DNA of 64,000 nucleotides, from positions 11,154-75,153 of the forward strand of contig JAFSVH010000057.1 in the NCBI GenBank assembly GCA_017450215.1, read 5' to 3'. Positions 50,232 through 60,386 of this stretch are shown here, piece after piece (position 1 is the first letter of the stretch; every line of letters begins with the position of its first letter). The stretch comes from Bacilli bacterium (lineage in GTDB: Bacteria > Bacillota_I > Bacilli_A > ML615J-28 > CAG-698). The position numbers and the translations under genes are program-made. A model generated the notes under the pieces. The model had not been told where the DNA came from. It saw only the letters and a list, made by a program, of their open reading frames with translations, and did no database searches.

Positions 50232-51764
50232 ATGGAAGAAAAAAATCTACAATATTATATTAATAAATATAATGAAACTAATAAGATATTACGTGCTTAT
50301 GGTTATGCTAATTATTTATCTAATTGGGATGCTGAAACGACAGCTGCTTTCGGTACGATTCAATCTCGTAATGATGTTGTTGGTAGTTTATCAGAATTAA
50401 GCTATAAATTATCAACAAGTGCTGAATATACAGAAACAATTGATTATTTGTTTGATCATCGTGATGAATTAGATGACATCTTAAAGCATGAAATATATGA
50501 AATGAAGAAGAATAATGAAGCTCAAAAGAAGATTCCAATGGAAGATTTTGTAGCCTTTTCTCAGTTATTAAATGAAGTTTATCCAGTTTATGTGAAAGCT
50601 AAGAATGAAGATAATTATGATTTGTTTGCTCCTTATTTAGAAAAAATAATTGAATTCAAAAAGAAGCAAATTAAATATTTAGAAAAAGATAATAGATTTA
50701 ATAATTATAAAGGTTATGATTTGTTATTAGATGGATTTGAACCTGATATGACGAGAGAAGAATATGATAAATTCTTTGGAGTTCTTAAGGAAAAATTAGT
50801 TCCATTTATTAAAAAAGTTACAAAGAAAAAACTTAAATATAATAAGAAATTCTTAAACAAGAAATATGCTTCATCTATTCAATTTGAATATGCTAAATAT
50901 TTACAAGCTGTTATGGAGTTTGATCCTAATTATACTGTTATGAGAGAAAGTGAACATCCATTCACTACAGGATTTGGCAATAAAGATGTTAGAATTACTA
51001 ATCATTATTATGAAGATAATGTAAGAAGTTCTATCTTTAGTGCTATTCATGAAATGGGTCATGGCTTATATGAACTACATGTAAGTGATGAAGTTGATGC
51101 AAGCTTAAGTGGTGGTGGAGCTAGTATGGCTATGCATGAAAGTCAATCAAGATTTATGGAAAATATGATTGCTAGAAAAGAAGTGTTCTGGGAAACTCAT
51201 TTTTCAAAATTACAAGAAATGTTTCCAAAAGAATTGAAAGGTATCAATTATCATGATTTCTTTTTATCAGTTAATGAAGTAAAGAGAGATTTCATTAGAA
51301 CTGAGGCAGATGAATTGACTTATCCACTTCATATTATGGTTCGTTATGAATTAGAAAAGAAAATCTTTAGTGGTAAGATTAAGGTAAGTGATTTAAGTAA
51401 TGAATGGAATAAATTATATAAGAAATATTTAGGATTAAAGGTTACAAATAATAAGCAAGGCATCTTACAAGATGTTCATTGGGCATATGGTAATTTTGGA
51501 TATTTCCCAACGTATGCTTTAGGTTCTGCTTATGCTGCTCAATTCTATAAAGCATTAGAAAAAGATGTTGATATTGATAAAGCAATTAGAAGTGGTAAAT
51601 TAACTGATATTAATAATTGGTTAAAAGAGCATATTCATAAATATGGAGCAAGCCTTTATCCAAAAGAAATAATCAAAAAAGCAACAGGTGAAGATTTTAA
51701 TCCAGATTATTATGTTAAATATTTGATTGATAAATATTCAAAAATTTATGAAATTGATGATTAA
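50232..51764 (+). CDS. M32-family carboxypeptidase (Taq-type)
   Basis: HEMGHGLYE zinc motif and the HESQSRFMEN motif characteristic of peptidase M32. Confidence 0.75.
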   Translation: MEEKNLQYYINKYNETNKILRAYGYANYLSNWDAETTAAFGTIQSRNDVVGSLSELSYKLSTSAEYTETIDYLFDHRDELDDILKHEIYEMKKNNEAQKKIPMEDFVAFSQLLNEVYPVYVKAKNEDNYDLFAPYLEKIIEFKKKQIKYLEKDNRFNNYKGYDLLLDGFEPDMTREEYDKFFGVLKEKLVPFIKKVTKKKLKYNKKFLNKKYASSIQFEYAKYLQAVMEFDPNYTVMRESEHPFTTGFGNKDVRITNHYYEDNVRSSIFSAIHEMGHGLYELHVSDEVDASLSGGGASMAMHESQSRFMENMIARKEVFWETHFSKLQEMFPKELKGINYHDFFLSVNEVKRDFIRTEADELTYPLHIMVRYELEKKIFSGKIKVSDLSNEWNKLYKKYLGLKVTNNKQGILQDVHWAYGNFGYFPTYALGSAYAAQFYKALEKDVDIDKAIRSGKLTDINNWLKEHIHKYGASLYPKEIIKKATGEDFNPDYYVKYLIDKYSKIYEIDD

Positions 51765-51809
51765 TTATAATGATAAATAGGAAATAATTAGTAAATAATT
51801 AGTGAATAA

Positions 51810-51858
51810 TTTTCAAATAAAAAGTCTTAGATAGTACTCATTTGATACTATTCTAAGA
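51810..51858. terminator. Bidirectional terminator between convergent genes
   Basis: AAAAGTCTTAGATAGTA-loop-TACTATTCTAAGACTTTT. Confidence 0.65.
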
Positions 51859-51866
51859 CTTTTGTT

Positions 51867-53177
51867 TTAATTTTTACTGTTATTTATTCTACGTCTTGTT
51901 GTTTTCTTATATAAGAATCTATCTGTAGCAATAACTAGATTCATACTTCCAGGCTTATAATATTGAGCAGATCCTCTTTGGTATTTGGCACCTTTCAGTT
52001 GACTTTTGAAAACAAATGTCACGATTAATGCAACTATTAATCCAATAACTAAGCCAATAGCTAGGCCAGCAAATGGAGAATATTCACTATCTTGGAAGAT
52101 GAAATACATTAATAGACCAATTAAGCCACCATAAACTACAAATTGACCAATTAACCAAAGAACGAATTTGAGTGGAGACATAGGTAGATTACCTTTTAAT
52201 TTACCTGTTTCACCATTCATTGCGAATGTATAAGTATTGTCTTTCCATCTAGTTCCTAAAATGTAGATTGGGAAGTAAGCATAATCTACTTTAGTATTGT
52301 ATAATCTAATATTGCAAGTTTCAGTTCTAACTTCTTGATATCCTGTTACTGTCTTTCTAAAGGCAATTTCAGTTCCTTCTCTGATTCTTTGAGTTGCTCT
52401 ACCACTACATTCTTCAGCTGTTTGATCATATTTATCTGACATATAACCAGCTAGATATGCTGTTTCGAATTCTTTTGTTTCATTAAATGAGAATGGTTCA
52501 ATTGCTTCAGTTAGTTTATTATCAATTGATTTAGAAGCATCTACTGGTAGATGCTCATAAGCAATACCACCTTCACGAATAACAGAATAATAACTAGTTT
52601 CTGTATATTCATAATCTCCCTTAGTGTATCTACGTGTATTAGAACAACGATAATGAATTCTTGCATCTACATCAGCATCATATAACCAATATGGTACATA
52701 TAATGGTTTAATTTCATTAATTTTGTTTTCTGATTTAAATAATCTTGGAAGAAGAATCTTTTTCTTCATATAATTCTTAAGAGCATCTTTTGCGTCTTTT
52801 TCAGTCTTTTTGAATGGAATAATGTATTTAGGCTTTAAAGCACCTGTTAGGTTCTTTCTAAGTAGTACGTTGTTTCCACAATAAGGACATGAAGTAGAAG
52901 AAGTGTTCTCTCCACAAATGATTTCTCCACCACAAGCATCACAAAGGTATGAAACCATACCTTCTTGTTCTGCTGTAGAGAATTCTTTCATTGAATCGGT
53001 AGTATCCCAACTTGTTTCATCGTTGAAGTCTCTATTTTTTTCTTCATTCATTGCTTTGATGTCTTCAATTGAGAATTCAGAATCACAATAAGGACATTTT
53101 ATGTTTTGATTAGTAGCATCAAATTTTAAACTGCTACCACAAGCAGGACAAACGAATTGTGTAACCTTGTCAGCCAT
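51867..53177 (-). CDS. Double zinc-ribbon membrane protein (YdjG/YdjH-like)
   Basis: Two N-terminal CxxC...CxxC zinc ribbons (CPACG...CPYCD; CDACG...CPYCGN), a central domain and two C-terminal TM helices. Confidence 0.55.
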   Translation of the reverse strand: MADKVTQFVCPACGSSLKFDATNQNIKCPYCDSEFSIEDIKAMNEEKNRDFNDETSWDTTDSMKEFSTAEQEGMVSYLCDACGGEIICGENTSSTSCPYCGNNVLLRKNLTGALKPKYIIPFKKTEKDAKDALKNYMKKKILLPRLFKSENKINEIKPLYVPYWLYDADVDARIHYRCSNTRRYTKGDYEYTETSYYSVIREGGIAYEHLPVDASKSIDNKLTEAIEPFSFNETKEFETAYLAGYMSDKYDQTAEECSGRATQRIREGTEIAFRKTVTGYQEVRTETCNIRLYNTKVDYAYFPIYILGTRWKDNTYTFAMNGETGKLKGNLPMSPLKFVLWLIGQFVVYGGLIGLLMYFIFQDSEYSPFAGLAIGLVIGLIVALIVTFVFKSQLKGAKYQRGSAQYYKPGSMNLVIATDRFLYKKTTRRRINNSKN

Positions 53178-53191
53178 TCATTACCTCTTTA

Positions 53192-54613
53192 TTACTTTGC
53201 ATCTTCATCATTGAATGGATCGCCACATTGTGGACAGAATTTAGGTGGGTTCTTTGGATCTTTTGGTTTCCAACCACATTTATTACATTTATATGTAGGT
53301 TCACCAGCTGGTTTCTTGCATCCACATTCAGCACAGAATTTGCCTTTGTTTACTTTTCCGCATTCAGGACATACCCATCCATCAACTTGTTCAGGCTTTT
53401 TAGTTCCACATTCAGGGCAGAATTTACCAGTTGCTTCAAAACCACATTTTGGACATTTCCAAGTGTCAGCTTTCTTTTCTTCAGGCTTTTTAGCTCCACA
53501 TTCAGGACAGAATTTGCCAGTAACTGTAGCACCACAGCTTGGACAAGTCCAAGAATCTTTTGCTGCTTGTGCAGCTTGAGCTTGTTTTTCTGCTTGTTGC
53601 TTTTCATACATATTGTAATATTGACTAGTATTTACTCCACCTGTTGCATTCATTGCCATACCTAAGCCCATAAATCCAGTCATAGCACCAGCTGAATTAC
53701 TAGCAGCACCTTTCAAAGCTTCAGCTTGAGCTTCAACTAATGTAGCACCAGCCATACCAGGATCTCTGTACATTGCTTTTCTTTGTGCTTCTTTGATTAA
53801 GTCTTGATCTTCTTGAGGAAGAGTAACAGTTGATAATGCAATTGATACAATTTCAAGTCCTCTTAATTCAGCCCATTTATTTGATAATACATCATTCATT
53901 GCTTGTTCTAATTCATTAACATGAGCAACAATTTGATTTGGTCTCATTTCCATAGCTGATAATTTACCAAATGCAGGTTGTAAAGCACTAATGAATTCAC
54001 TCTTTAATTGAGTTTCAATTTTAGATTTTGTATAATCTTCTTCAACGTTTCCACAAACATTAGTATAGAATAACATTGGGTTAGCGATTTTATAAGAATA
54101 TACACCTGCGCATCTTACACTAACATCAATGTCTAGACCAATTTTATTGTCTACAACACGGAATGGAACTGGTTGAGGTGTACCGAATTTATTATCTAAG
54201 ATTTCCTTTATATTAAAATAATAAACTCTTTGGTCATTACCAGTATCTCCACCAAAAGCAAATCTTCTTCCGAATGTCTTGAAGAATCCGCCAATACGCT
54301 CACCTAATGAACCATAGAATACAGATGATTCACTTGATTTATCAAAAATATATCCACCAGGTTCTGCAGATAATTCAACTACTTTTCCCGCTTCAACAAT
54401 CATCATACATTGTCCATCAGCAACAGCAATTTTTGAACCATTAGAGATGATGTTTTCGCTTCCTTTTGTATTTGAAGAACGTCTTCCGTTTACTTGTTTT
54501 TTACCTTTTACTACTAGTGTATCGTTTGGAATAGAATCACAATAGAAGAATTCCTTCCATTGGTCAGCTAATGTTCCACTCATGGCACCAGCAAATGCTT
54601 TAATTAATCCCAT
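53192..54613 (-). CDS. SPFH/Band-7-like protein (YdjI-like) with four C-terminal tandem zinc-ribbon repeats
   Basis: N-terminal MGLIKAFAGA... resembles YdjI-type SPFH proteins. The C-terminus has repeats of the pattern W-x-CPxCG-x5-GKFCPECGxKKP. Confidence 0.6.
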   Translation of the reverse strand: MGLIKAFAGAMSGTLADQWKEFFYCDSIPNDTLVVKGKKQVNGRRSSNTKGSENIISNGSKIAVADGQCMMIVEAGKVVELSAEPGGYIFDKSSESSVFYGSLGERIGGFFKTFGRRFAFGGDTGNDQRVYYFNIKEILDNKFGTPQPVPFRVVDNKIGLDIDVSVRCAGVYSYKIANPMLFYTNVCGNVEEDYTKSKIETQLKSEFISALQPAFGKLSAMEMRPNQIVAHVNELEQAMNDVLSNKWAELRGLEIVSIALSTVTLPQEDQDLIKEAQRKAMYRDPGMAGATLVEAQAEALKGAASNSAGAMTGFMGLGMAMNATGGVNTSQYYNMYEKQQAEKQAQAAQAAKDSWTCPSCGATVTGKFCPECGAKKPEEKKADTWKCPKCGFEATGKFCPECGTKKPEQVDGWVCPECGKVNKGKFCAECGCKKPAGEPTYKCNKCGWKPKDPKNPPKFCPQCGDPFNDEDAK

Positions 54614-54805
54614 AATATATCCTCCTTATATGATTAATCTTTATGATAACATTATATAACAAATAAATCTTAAAATAAATAAATATTAATAGAAAGAATA
54701 TTAAATCAACTAATTTTAAGTATTTAGAACATATAAATTAGGAATATTTCATATTTATTTGGTGTTATGAAATGATGTGAAAGTAATAATGATAATAATA
54801 TATTA

Positions 54806-54877
54806 AAAAAAGCAATCCAATGGTATAAAGATTAAAGACTAGAAATATCTTTATCTTTTATCTTAGGATTGCTTTTA
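54806..54877. terminator. Long hairpin downstream of the antiporter gene
   Basis: AAAAAGCAATCC ... GGATTGCTTTT with an internal TAAAGAT / ATCTTTA pairing. Confidence 0.45.
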
Positions 54878-54900
54878 ATATTTTTTATTAAATATTATAT

Positions 54901-56211
54901 TTAAATATTTTGTTTATTCAGTTTTTTGATTTTTGGTACGATAGGTATTTCTCCAGCTTTTTCTAAGGCAATCTTAGTTAATACTGGTCCGATAAGTTCA
55001 TATACAAAAGTAGCACATAGTGCAATTGTGTATATTTTAACTCCATCACTACCAAAGGAAGCTTTTGCTACATTTGCCATTCCAATGGCAACACCTGCTT
55101 GTGGAAGAAGGGTAATACCTAAATACTTTTTCACATTAGGTTCAGCTTTTGATATTGCTCCACCAATGTATGCACCACTATATTTACCAATAGAACGGAA
55201 TAATAGATAAACTAAAGTAACAATTACAATATTCCATGAATTTAAAACAGTTAAATCAATGCTTGCTCCACTTATTACAAAGAATAAAGTAAATAACGGA
55301 GCAGTGAATTCATCAACACGTTGTAAATAACGATCACAATCTTTTCTCATATTACAATATGTTGCACCAAGCATCATGCAAACAAGTAAGCTTGATAAGT
55401 TAAAATGTATTTCAGGACCAAAATTGAAATTAATTTTACTTAATGCAACACATAATACAGCAAAGCCAATCATCATTGCTAGAGTATTAGCACGAGATTT
55501 GAAGAATTTACAAAGTAATGTCATTATGAATCCACAAATAAAGCCAATTAATAAAGATAGTAATATTTCTAAAATTGGAGATACTAGAACTGCTAGGACT
55601 GTTAAAGAGGCACCACTCTCATATACTTTCGCAATATTAAAAGAAAGAGAGAAGACCATTAATCCGACAGCATCGTCAAAAGCTACGACAGGAAGCAAAG
55701 TATTAACTACAGGTCCGGAAGCGTTGTATTGACGTACAACCATCAAGGTTGCTGCTGGAGCAGTTGCTGTAGCAATGGCACCTAATGTAATTGCAAGACC
55801 AACTGAAATATTAAGTGGCTTCATTAACAATAATAAAGCAGCATCAACTAAAATAGTAGTAGTGACAGCTTGGACAACTGTTATAATGAGAATCTTTTTA
55901 CCCATATGCTTAATCTTACCCCATTTGAATTCAGCACCAATTGATAATGCAATAAATCCAAGAGCAATATCAGTTAAAACAGATAGGCTATTTACTGTAT
56001 CTTTATATTCATTAATAAAATTGTTTGAAAATACACCAAATGAATTATGTAATATAATTACAACCCCTGGCCCAACTATTAAACCAGCAAGAAGATAAGC
56101 AGTTACATTTGGTAATTTTAAATATCTTAGTAATCTCGTCATTAATAATCCTAAAATAAAGAATATTGAGATTACAATTAAACTAAAAGTCAATATATCA
56201 CCTTCTAACAA
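54901..56211 (-). CDS. Monovalent cation:proton antiporter (CPA family, Na+/H+ exchanger-like)
   Basis: 436 aa with about 12 TM helices and the Na_H_exchanger-type pattern (LLAGLIVGPGV). Confidence 0.7.
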   Translation of the reverse strand: MLEGDILTFSLIVISIFFILGLLMTRLLRYLKLPNVTAYLLAGLIVGPGVVIILHNSFGVFSNNFINEYKDTVNSLSVLTDIALGFIALSIGAEFKWGKIKHMGKKILIITVVQAVTTTILVDAALLLLMKPLNISVGLAITLGAIATATAPAATLMVVRQYNASGPVVNTLLPVVAFDDAVGLMVFSLSFNIAKVYESGASLTVLAVLVSPILEILLSLLIGFICGFIMTLLCKFFKSRANTLAMMIGFAVLCVALSKINFNFGPEIHFNLSSLLVCMMLGATYCNMRKDCDRYLQRVDEFTAPLFTLFFVISGASIDLTVLNSWNIVIVTLVYLLFRSIGKYSGAYIGGAISKAEPNVKKYLGITLLPQAGVAIGMANVAKASFGSDGVKIYTIALCATFVYELIGPVLTKIALEKAGEIPIVPKIKKLNKQNI

Positions 56212-56479
56212 ATATATATTTTTGACTATATTTTTTTAAGCATTAAACATTTTACTCTTTTTTTTAATATTTTCAATTATTTTTTAGTGTTTGTTTGAAT
56301 TATTGTGCATGAAAACATTTTTAATTAAAAAAAGAGAAAAAGAAAAGAATAAAAAAATATATTTTATGACAAATATTACTATATATATAAAGAATGGAGG
56401 AAATAAGAAACATTTCAAAATTTGATAAAAGGATGGAATAACATTGTTAGAACTGATTTATGTATAATTGTTATACCCC

Positions 56480-56508
56480 TTGACATAGAATATTATAAGG
56501 GGTATAAT
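56480..56508 (+). promoter_or_regulatory. Near-consensus sigma-A promoter
   Basis: TTGACA, a 17-nt spacer, then TATAAT, about 25 nt upstream of the ATPase gene. A second TATAAT follows. Confidence 0.55.
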
Positions 56509-56531
56509 GGGTATAATGAAGGAGATAAAAT

Positions 56532-58358
56532 ATGATAGTTAAACTAGAAGATATTAAAAGAGGCAATGTTTTTGATATTTTGGAGAAGATTGAGGAATTA
56601 AATAAAGAAATTTCTCTTTTACCTTCTGGCTCAATAACTACAAAAAGAATAGGCGATAAAGTATATTATTATCATCGAATATCTAAATCAGGAAGACGAT
56701 TTGAGAGCTACATCCCTTTTGAAAAAGTTGATGAAGTGAAAAAGCAAATAATGAAACGTAAAGATTTAGAAGAAAAATTAAAACAACTAAAAAATAGTAT
56801 TCCTTTGGATAAGAAAGGAAATAAAAAAGATTTTACTAAATTTAAAACATTTGTACGAATTAATGAACAACTATTAAATATGGCTTTGATTGTAAAGAAG
56901 TACAAACATAGAGAATGTTATGATTTTTTATCTAATTATATATTTGGAGAAACTCAAGATAAAGTATTAATTCTTTATGGATTGAGACGTACAGGAAAGA
57001 CCACTTTAATTCGTCAAGTTATTTTAGAGATGTCAGAAGAAGAACGTAAAAAAACAGCTTTTATTCAAATTGATAGTAATAATACTCTTTCTGAATTATA
57101 TTCTGATTTAAAATTATTAGAAGAAATGAAATATAAATATGTGTTTATTGATGAAGTTACTCAATTAGAAGATTTTATTGAAGGTTCAGCTATTTTTTCT
57201 GATGTTTTTGCATCTAGTGGGATGAAAATTGTTTTATCAGGTACAGATTCTTTAGGTTTTATGTTTGCAGCTAAAAATCAATTGTATGATCGTTCTATTA
57301 TGGTTCGTACTACTTTTATATCCTATCGTGAATTTGAGGATGTATTGGGAATAAAAGGTATTGATGAATATATTCGCTATGGTGGGACAATGAGCCTTGG
57401 TGGGTTAAATTATAATGATAATTCACCTTTCAGTACGAAAGAAAATGTTAGTGATTATGTTGATAGTGCAATCGCCAAAAATATTCAACATTCCCTTAAA
57501 TATTATCAAGATGGTGGACATTTTAGGCTATTATATGATTTATATGAAAAAGGTGAGTTAACCAATGCCATTAATAGAGTTGTTGAAAACATAAATCATT
57601 ATTTCACTAAAGAAGTAATCACAAAAACTTTTAAATCCTCTGACTTAAAGTTAGCAGAAAGAAATCTTATGAATGACCGGGATAAGCCTATTATTTTGGA
57701 TGAAAAGATTAATCGGGAATTTGTGGAAAAGACATTAAAATCAATGATAGATGTTTTAAATAAAGAAGAGCAAACTATCGATATTGATGATGCATGTGCA
57801 AATCAAATTAAAGAATATTTATCGGTTCTCGATTTAATATCTGAAATTGAATTGATTCATCTTCCTTATCAAGGAAAAATAGATAAAAAGATTGTATTAG
57901 TGCAACCTGGTATGAGATATGCTTTAGCTGAAGCGTTAGTGAATTCATTAATATTAGATCAAAAATTCATAAGTATGAATTATTTAGAGATTAATCGTAT
58001 TTTGGAAAGAGTGTTAGATACAGTTAAAGGAATGATAATGGAAGAGATTGTTTTATTAGAAACAAAGCTTTCTCAAAGTATGAAAAATATTTATCAGGTT
58101 CAATTTGCAATTGGAGAGATTGATATGATAGTTCAAGATAGTAGCAATAAAACTTGTTCCATTTATGAAATTAAGCATAGTAAAGAAATTGCTTTTGAAC
58201 AATATCGTCATTTAATTGATGATGATAAATGTAATATAATAAAAAAAGTATTTGGGAATATTACTGGTAAATATGTAATATATAGAGGAAGTAATAAAAT
58301 AGTAGATAATATTAATTATTTGAATGTTGAAGAGTATTTAAAGAATATAAACAAATAA
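56532..58358 (+). CDS. Orphan AAA+ ATPase (AAA_14 plus DUF4143-like)
   Basis: Walker A GLRRTGKTT and Walker B VFIDEVTQ. A GGAG RBS is present. Confidence 0.7.
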   Translation: MIVKLEDIKRGNVFDILEKIEELNKEISLLPSGSITTKRIGDKVYYYHRISKSGRRFESYIPFEKVDEVKKQIMKRKDLEEKLKQLKNSIPLDKKGNKKDFTKFKTFVRINEQLLNMALIVKKYKHRECYDFLSNYIFGETQDKVLILYGLRRTGKTTLIRQVILEMSEEERKKTAFIQIDSNNTLSELYSDLKLLEEMKYKYVFIDEVTQLEDFIEGSAIFSDVFASSGMKIVLSGTDSLGFMFAAKNQLYDRSIMVRTTFISYREFEDVLGIKGIDEYIRYGGTMSLGGLNYNDNSPFSTKENVSDYVDSAIAKNIQHSLKYYQDGGHFRLLYDLYEKGELTNAINRVVENINHYFTKEVITKTFKSSDLKLAERNLMNDRDKPIILDEKINREFVEKTLKSMIDVLNKEEQTIDIDDACANQIKEYLSVLDLISEIELIHLPYQGKIDKKIVLVQPGMRYALAEALVNSLILDQKFISMNYLEINRILERVLDTVKGMIMEEIVLLETKLSQSMKNIYQVQFAIGEIDMIVQDSSNKTCSIYEIKHSKEIAFEQYRHLIDDDKCNIIKKVFGNITGKYVIYRGSNKIVDNINYLNVEEYLKNINK

Positions 58359-58611
58359 TTGTAAACAAATAATTGTAAACAAAGAATTGTAAATTGTTAA
58401 TAACAATTAAAAAAAACAATTAATTTTCACATTTAGCCTTGATATATATAGTATAATTTTTAATGATGATTGAAAAATGACTAAATTTATTAAATACATA
58501 ATTAAACTATTATAATTAATCAGTGGTAACATTTTTATTTTAGTTATAATCCCTATATTGATTTGGGTGATTTTCATTTCATCTTATTATAAACATTTGT
58601 TGGAGGAGATT

Positions 58612-58998
58612 ATGATTTGTAAAAACTGTGGGAAAGAATTATTTGAAGGAACAAAAATTTGTCCTTCTTGTGGTGCAAAGGTAGAAGAAGAAAAAGTAGT
58701 TTATGTTCCATTAAAAGATGCACCAAAGGATGAAAGTTATAAAGTGGGTTTAGGATGTGCAATAGCTTCTTTTGTTTTGATGGTTGTTAGTTTACCATTC
58801 TCATTAATACCGATTGCAGGTTGGGTATTATATATTATACTTAAAATTTTATCATACTGTTTTGCGGTTCCGGGATTTATAGTTTCATTGATTAGAATTA
58901 TTCAAAGAAAGAGATTAGGTGCTGCCATTACAGCAATGTGTTTCACAATTGTATCTGTAATTATGAATATATTATTTATAGGATTGGTTGTAAATTAG
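58612..58998 (+). CDS. Zinc-ribbon membrane protein
   Basis: MICKNCGKELFEGTKICPSCGAK zinc ribbon followed by 3 TM helices. A GGAGGAG RBS precedes the ATG at 58612; the ORF track starts at 58558. Confidence 0.5.
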   Translation: MICKNCGKELFEGTKICPSCGAKVEEEKVVYVPLKDAPKDESYKVGLGCAIASFVLMVVSLPFSLIPIAGWVLYIILKILSYCFAVPGFIVSLIRIIQRKRLGAAITAMCFTIVSVIMNILFIGLVVN

Positions 58999-59210
58999 TA
59001 GAATCATTAGCATAAAATTGTTAATATAGTCAGTCAAATAAGGAATAATTTATTACCAAAGTGTCAATAGTTTTTTTGATTTTACACTTTTTATTTATAT
59101 GACAAATATCACAAAAAAATAATCTTCACTTAATTGATGAAGAGAAAAGTATTAAATAATGAAGTTTAGGCTTTGCTTTAGATAATTATTATAAAAAATT
59201 AAAAAAACAA

Positions 59211-59245
59211 TTGACATTATAAGATGATTGTAGTAAAATCCTAAA
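59211..59245 (+). promoter_or_regulatory. Sigma-A promoter of the str operon
   Basis: TTGACA, a 17-nt spacer, then TAAAAT. Hairpins follow in the leader (AAGCGTAG-GCAAA-CTACGCTT; TTTGAAAC ... GTTTCAAA). Confidence 0.5.
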
Positions 59246-59366
59246 GGATTTTGAGATAGGAAGCGTAGGCAAACTACGCTTTAAATAAGGTATTTTTGAA
59301 ACACCAGGATGTGTGGTCGTTTCAAAGGTTTCAAATGACAATAAAATATATGAAAGGAGAATATAA

Positions 59367-59777
59367 ATGCCTACTATAAATCAATTAGTAAGAAAGTCTC
59401 GTGAATCAAAAGTTAAGAAGTCAAAATCACCTCATATGAGTATTGGCTACAATAGTTTAAAGAAAATTTATACTAATGTTGATGCTCCACAAAAACGTGG
59501 TGTTTGTACTCGTGTAACTACTATGACACCTAAGAAGCCAAATTCTGCTATTCGTAAATATGCCAGAGTTCGTTTATCAAATGGTATTGAAGTTACAGCT
59601 TATATTCCAGGAATTGGACATCGTCTACAAGAACATAGCGTTGTTTTAATTCGTGGTGGACGTGTAAAGGATTTACCTGGTGTACGTTATCATATCATTC
59701 GTGGTACATTAGATGCTACTGGTGTTGAAAACAGAAATCAAGCTAGATCTAAATATGGTACTAAAAAACCAAAATAA
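59367..59777 (+). CDS. rpsL: 30S ribosomal protein S12
   Basis: [10 protein letters not shown]... is a canonical S12 sequence. Confidence 0.97.
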   Translation: MPTINQLVRKSRESKVKKSKSPHMSIGYNSLKKIYTNVDAPQKRGVCTRVTTMTPKKPNSAIRKYARVRLSNGIEVTAYIPGIGHRLQEHSVVLIRGGRVKDLPGVRYHIIRGTLDATGVENRNQARSKYGTKKPK

Positions 59778-59836
59778 TAACTAAATAAAAAAATAAAACA
59801 TAATAATAATATATGTAATTGAAAGGAGGAAATACC

Positions 59837-60307
59837 ATGCCACGTAAAGGACATGTCCCAAAGAGAAAAGTATTACCAGATCCAATTTACAATAGTCCTA
59901 TTATTACAAGATTAATTAATAGTATCATGTTGGATGGTAAAAAAGGTGTTGCTCAAAACATTATTTATGGAGCATTCGATAGAATAGAAAAACAAACAGG
60001 TAAACCTGCTATGGATGTATTTAATGAAGCATTAAATAACATTACACCTCAACTAGAAGTTAGAGCTAGAAGAATTGGTGGTGCTAACTACCAAGTACCT
60101 TGTGAAGTTAGACCAGAAAGAAAGATGACTCTTTGCTTAAGATGGTTAACACAATATTCTAGACTTAGAAGAGAAAAGACAATGGAAGAACGTCTAGCTG
60201 CTGAAATCATTGATGCAAGCAATGGTTTAGGTGCATCTGTAAAGAAGAAAGATGATACTCATAGAATGGCAGAAGCTAATAAAGCATTTGCTCATTATCA
60301 ATGGTAA
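59837..60307 (+). CDS. rpsG: 30S ribosomal protein S7
   Basis: [20 protein letters not shown]... is canonical S7. The GGAGG RBS favours the ATG at 59837 over the ORF-track start at 59819. Confidence 0.97.
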   Translation: MPRKGHVPKRKVLPDPIYNSPIITRLINSIMLDGKKGVAQNIIYGAFDRIEKQTGKPAMDVFNEALNNITPQLEVRARRIGGANYQVPCEVRPERKMTLCLRWLTQYSRLRREKTMEERLAAEIIDASNGLGASVKKKDDTHRMAEANKAFAHYQW

Positions 60308-60386
60308 TCATTAATAATAAAGAGTTTATAATAAAAAGTTAATAATAAAAAATTTATAATAAATAATAATAAGAATAGAGGAAATT

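Noticed and set aside
53157-53665. Two long plus-strand ORFs (140 and 145 aa) and an 85-aa minus-strand ORF that are rich in repetitive low-complexity sequence
   Set aside because: They are antisense or shadow frames created by the tandem approximately 84-90-bp DNA repeats that encode the zinc-ribbon array of the minus-strand SPFH gene. They have no RBS and are compositionally repetitive.
3111-56905. Many short ORFs inside, or antisense to, large well-supported genes: 3111..3383 (-), 7156..7365 (+), 7938..8126 (-), 11757..11981 (+), 13905..14171 (-), 15080..15316 (-), 15615..15806 (+), 18304..18507 (+), 25214..25402 (-), 26579..26767 (+), 26664..26879 (-), 28510..28785 (-), 36151..36414 (-), 38559..38753 (+), 38889..39281 (+), 41187..41375 (-), 41552..41749 (-), 50212..50400 (+), 50320..50538 (-), 52903..53091 (+), 54926..55210 (+), 55376..55732 (+), 55775..56098 (+), 56708..56905 (-), 62715..62966 (-), 62981..63274 (-)
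   Set aside because: Each is embedded in, or antisense to, a longer ORF with clear homology-style motifs. In this AT-rich genome such shadow ORFs are expected from low stop-codon density in antisense frames. None has a convincing RBS or recognisable motifs.
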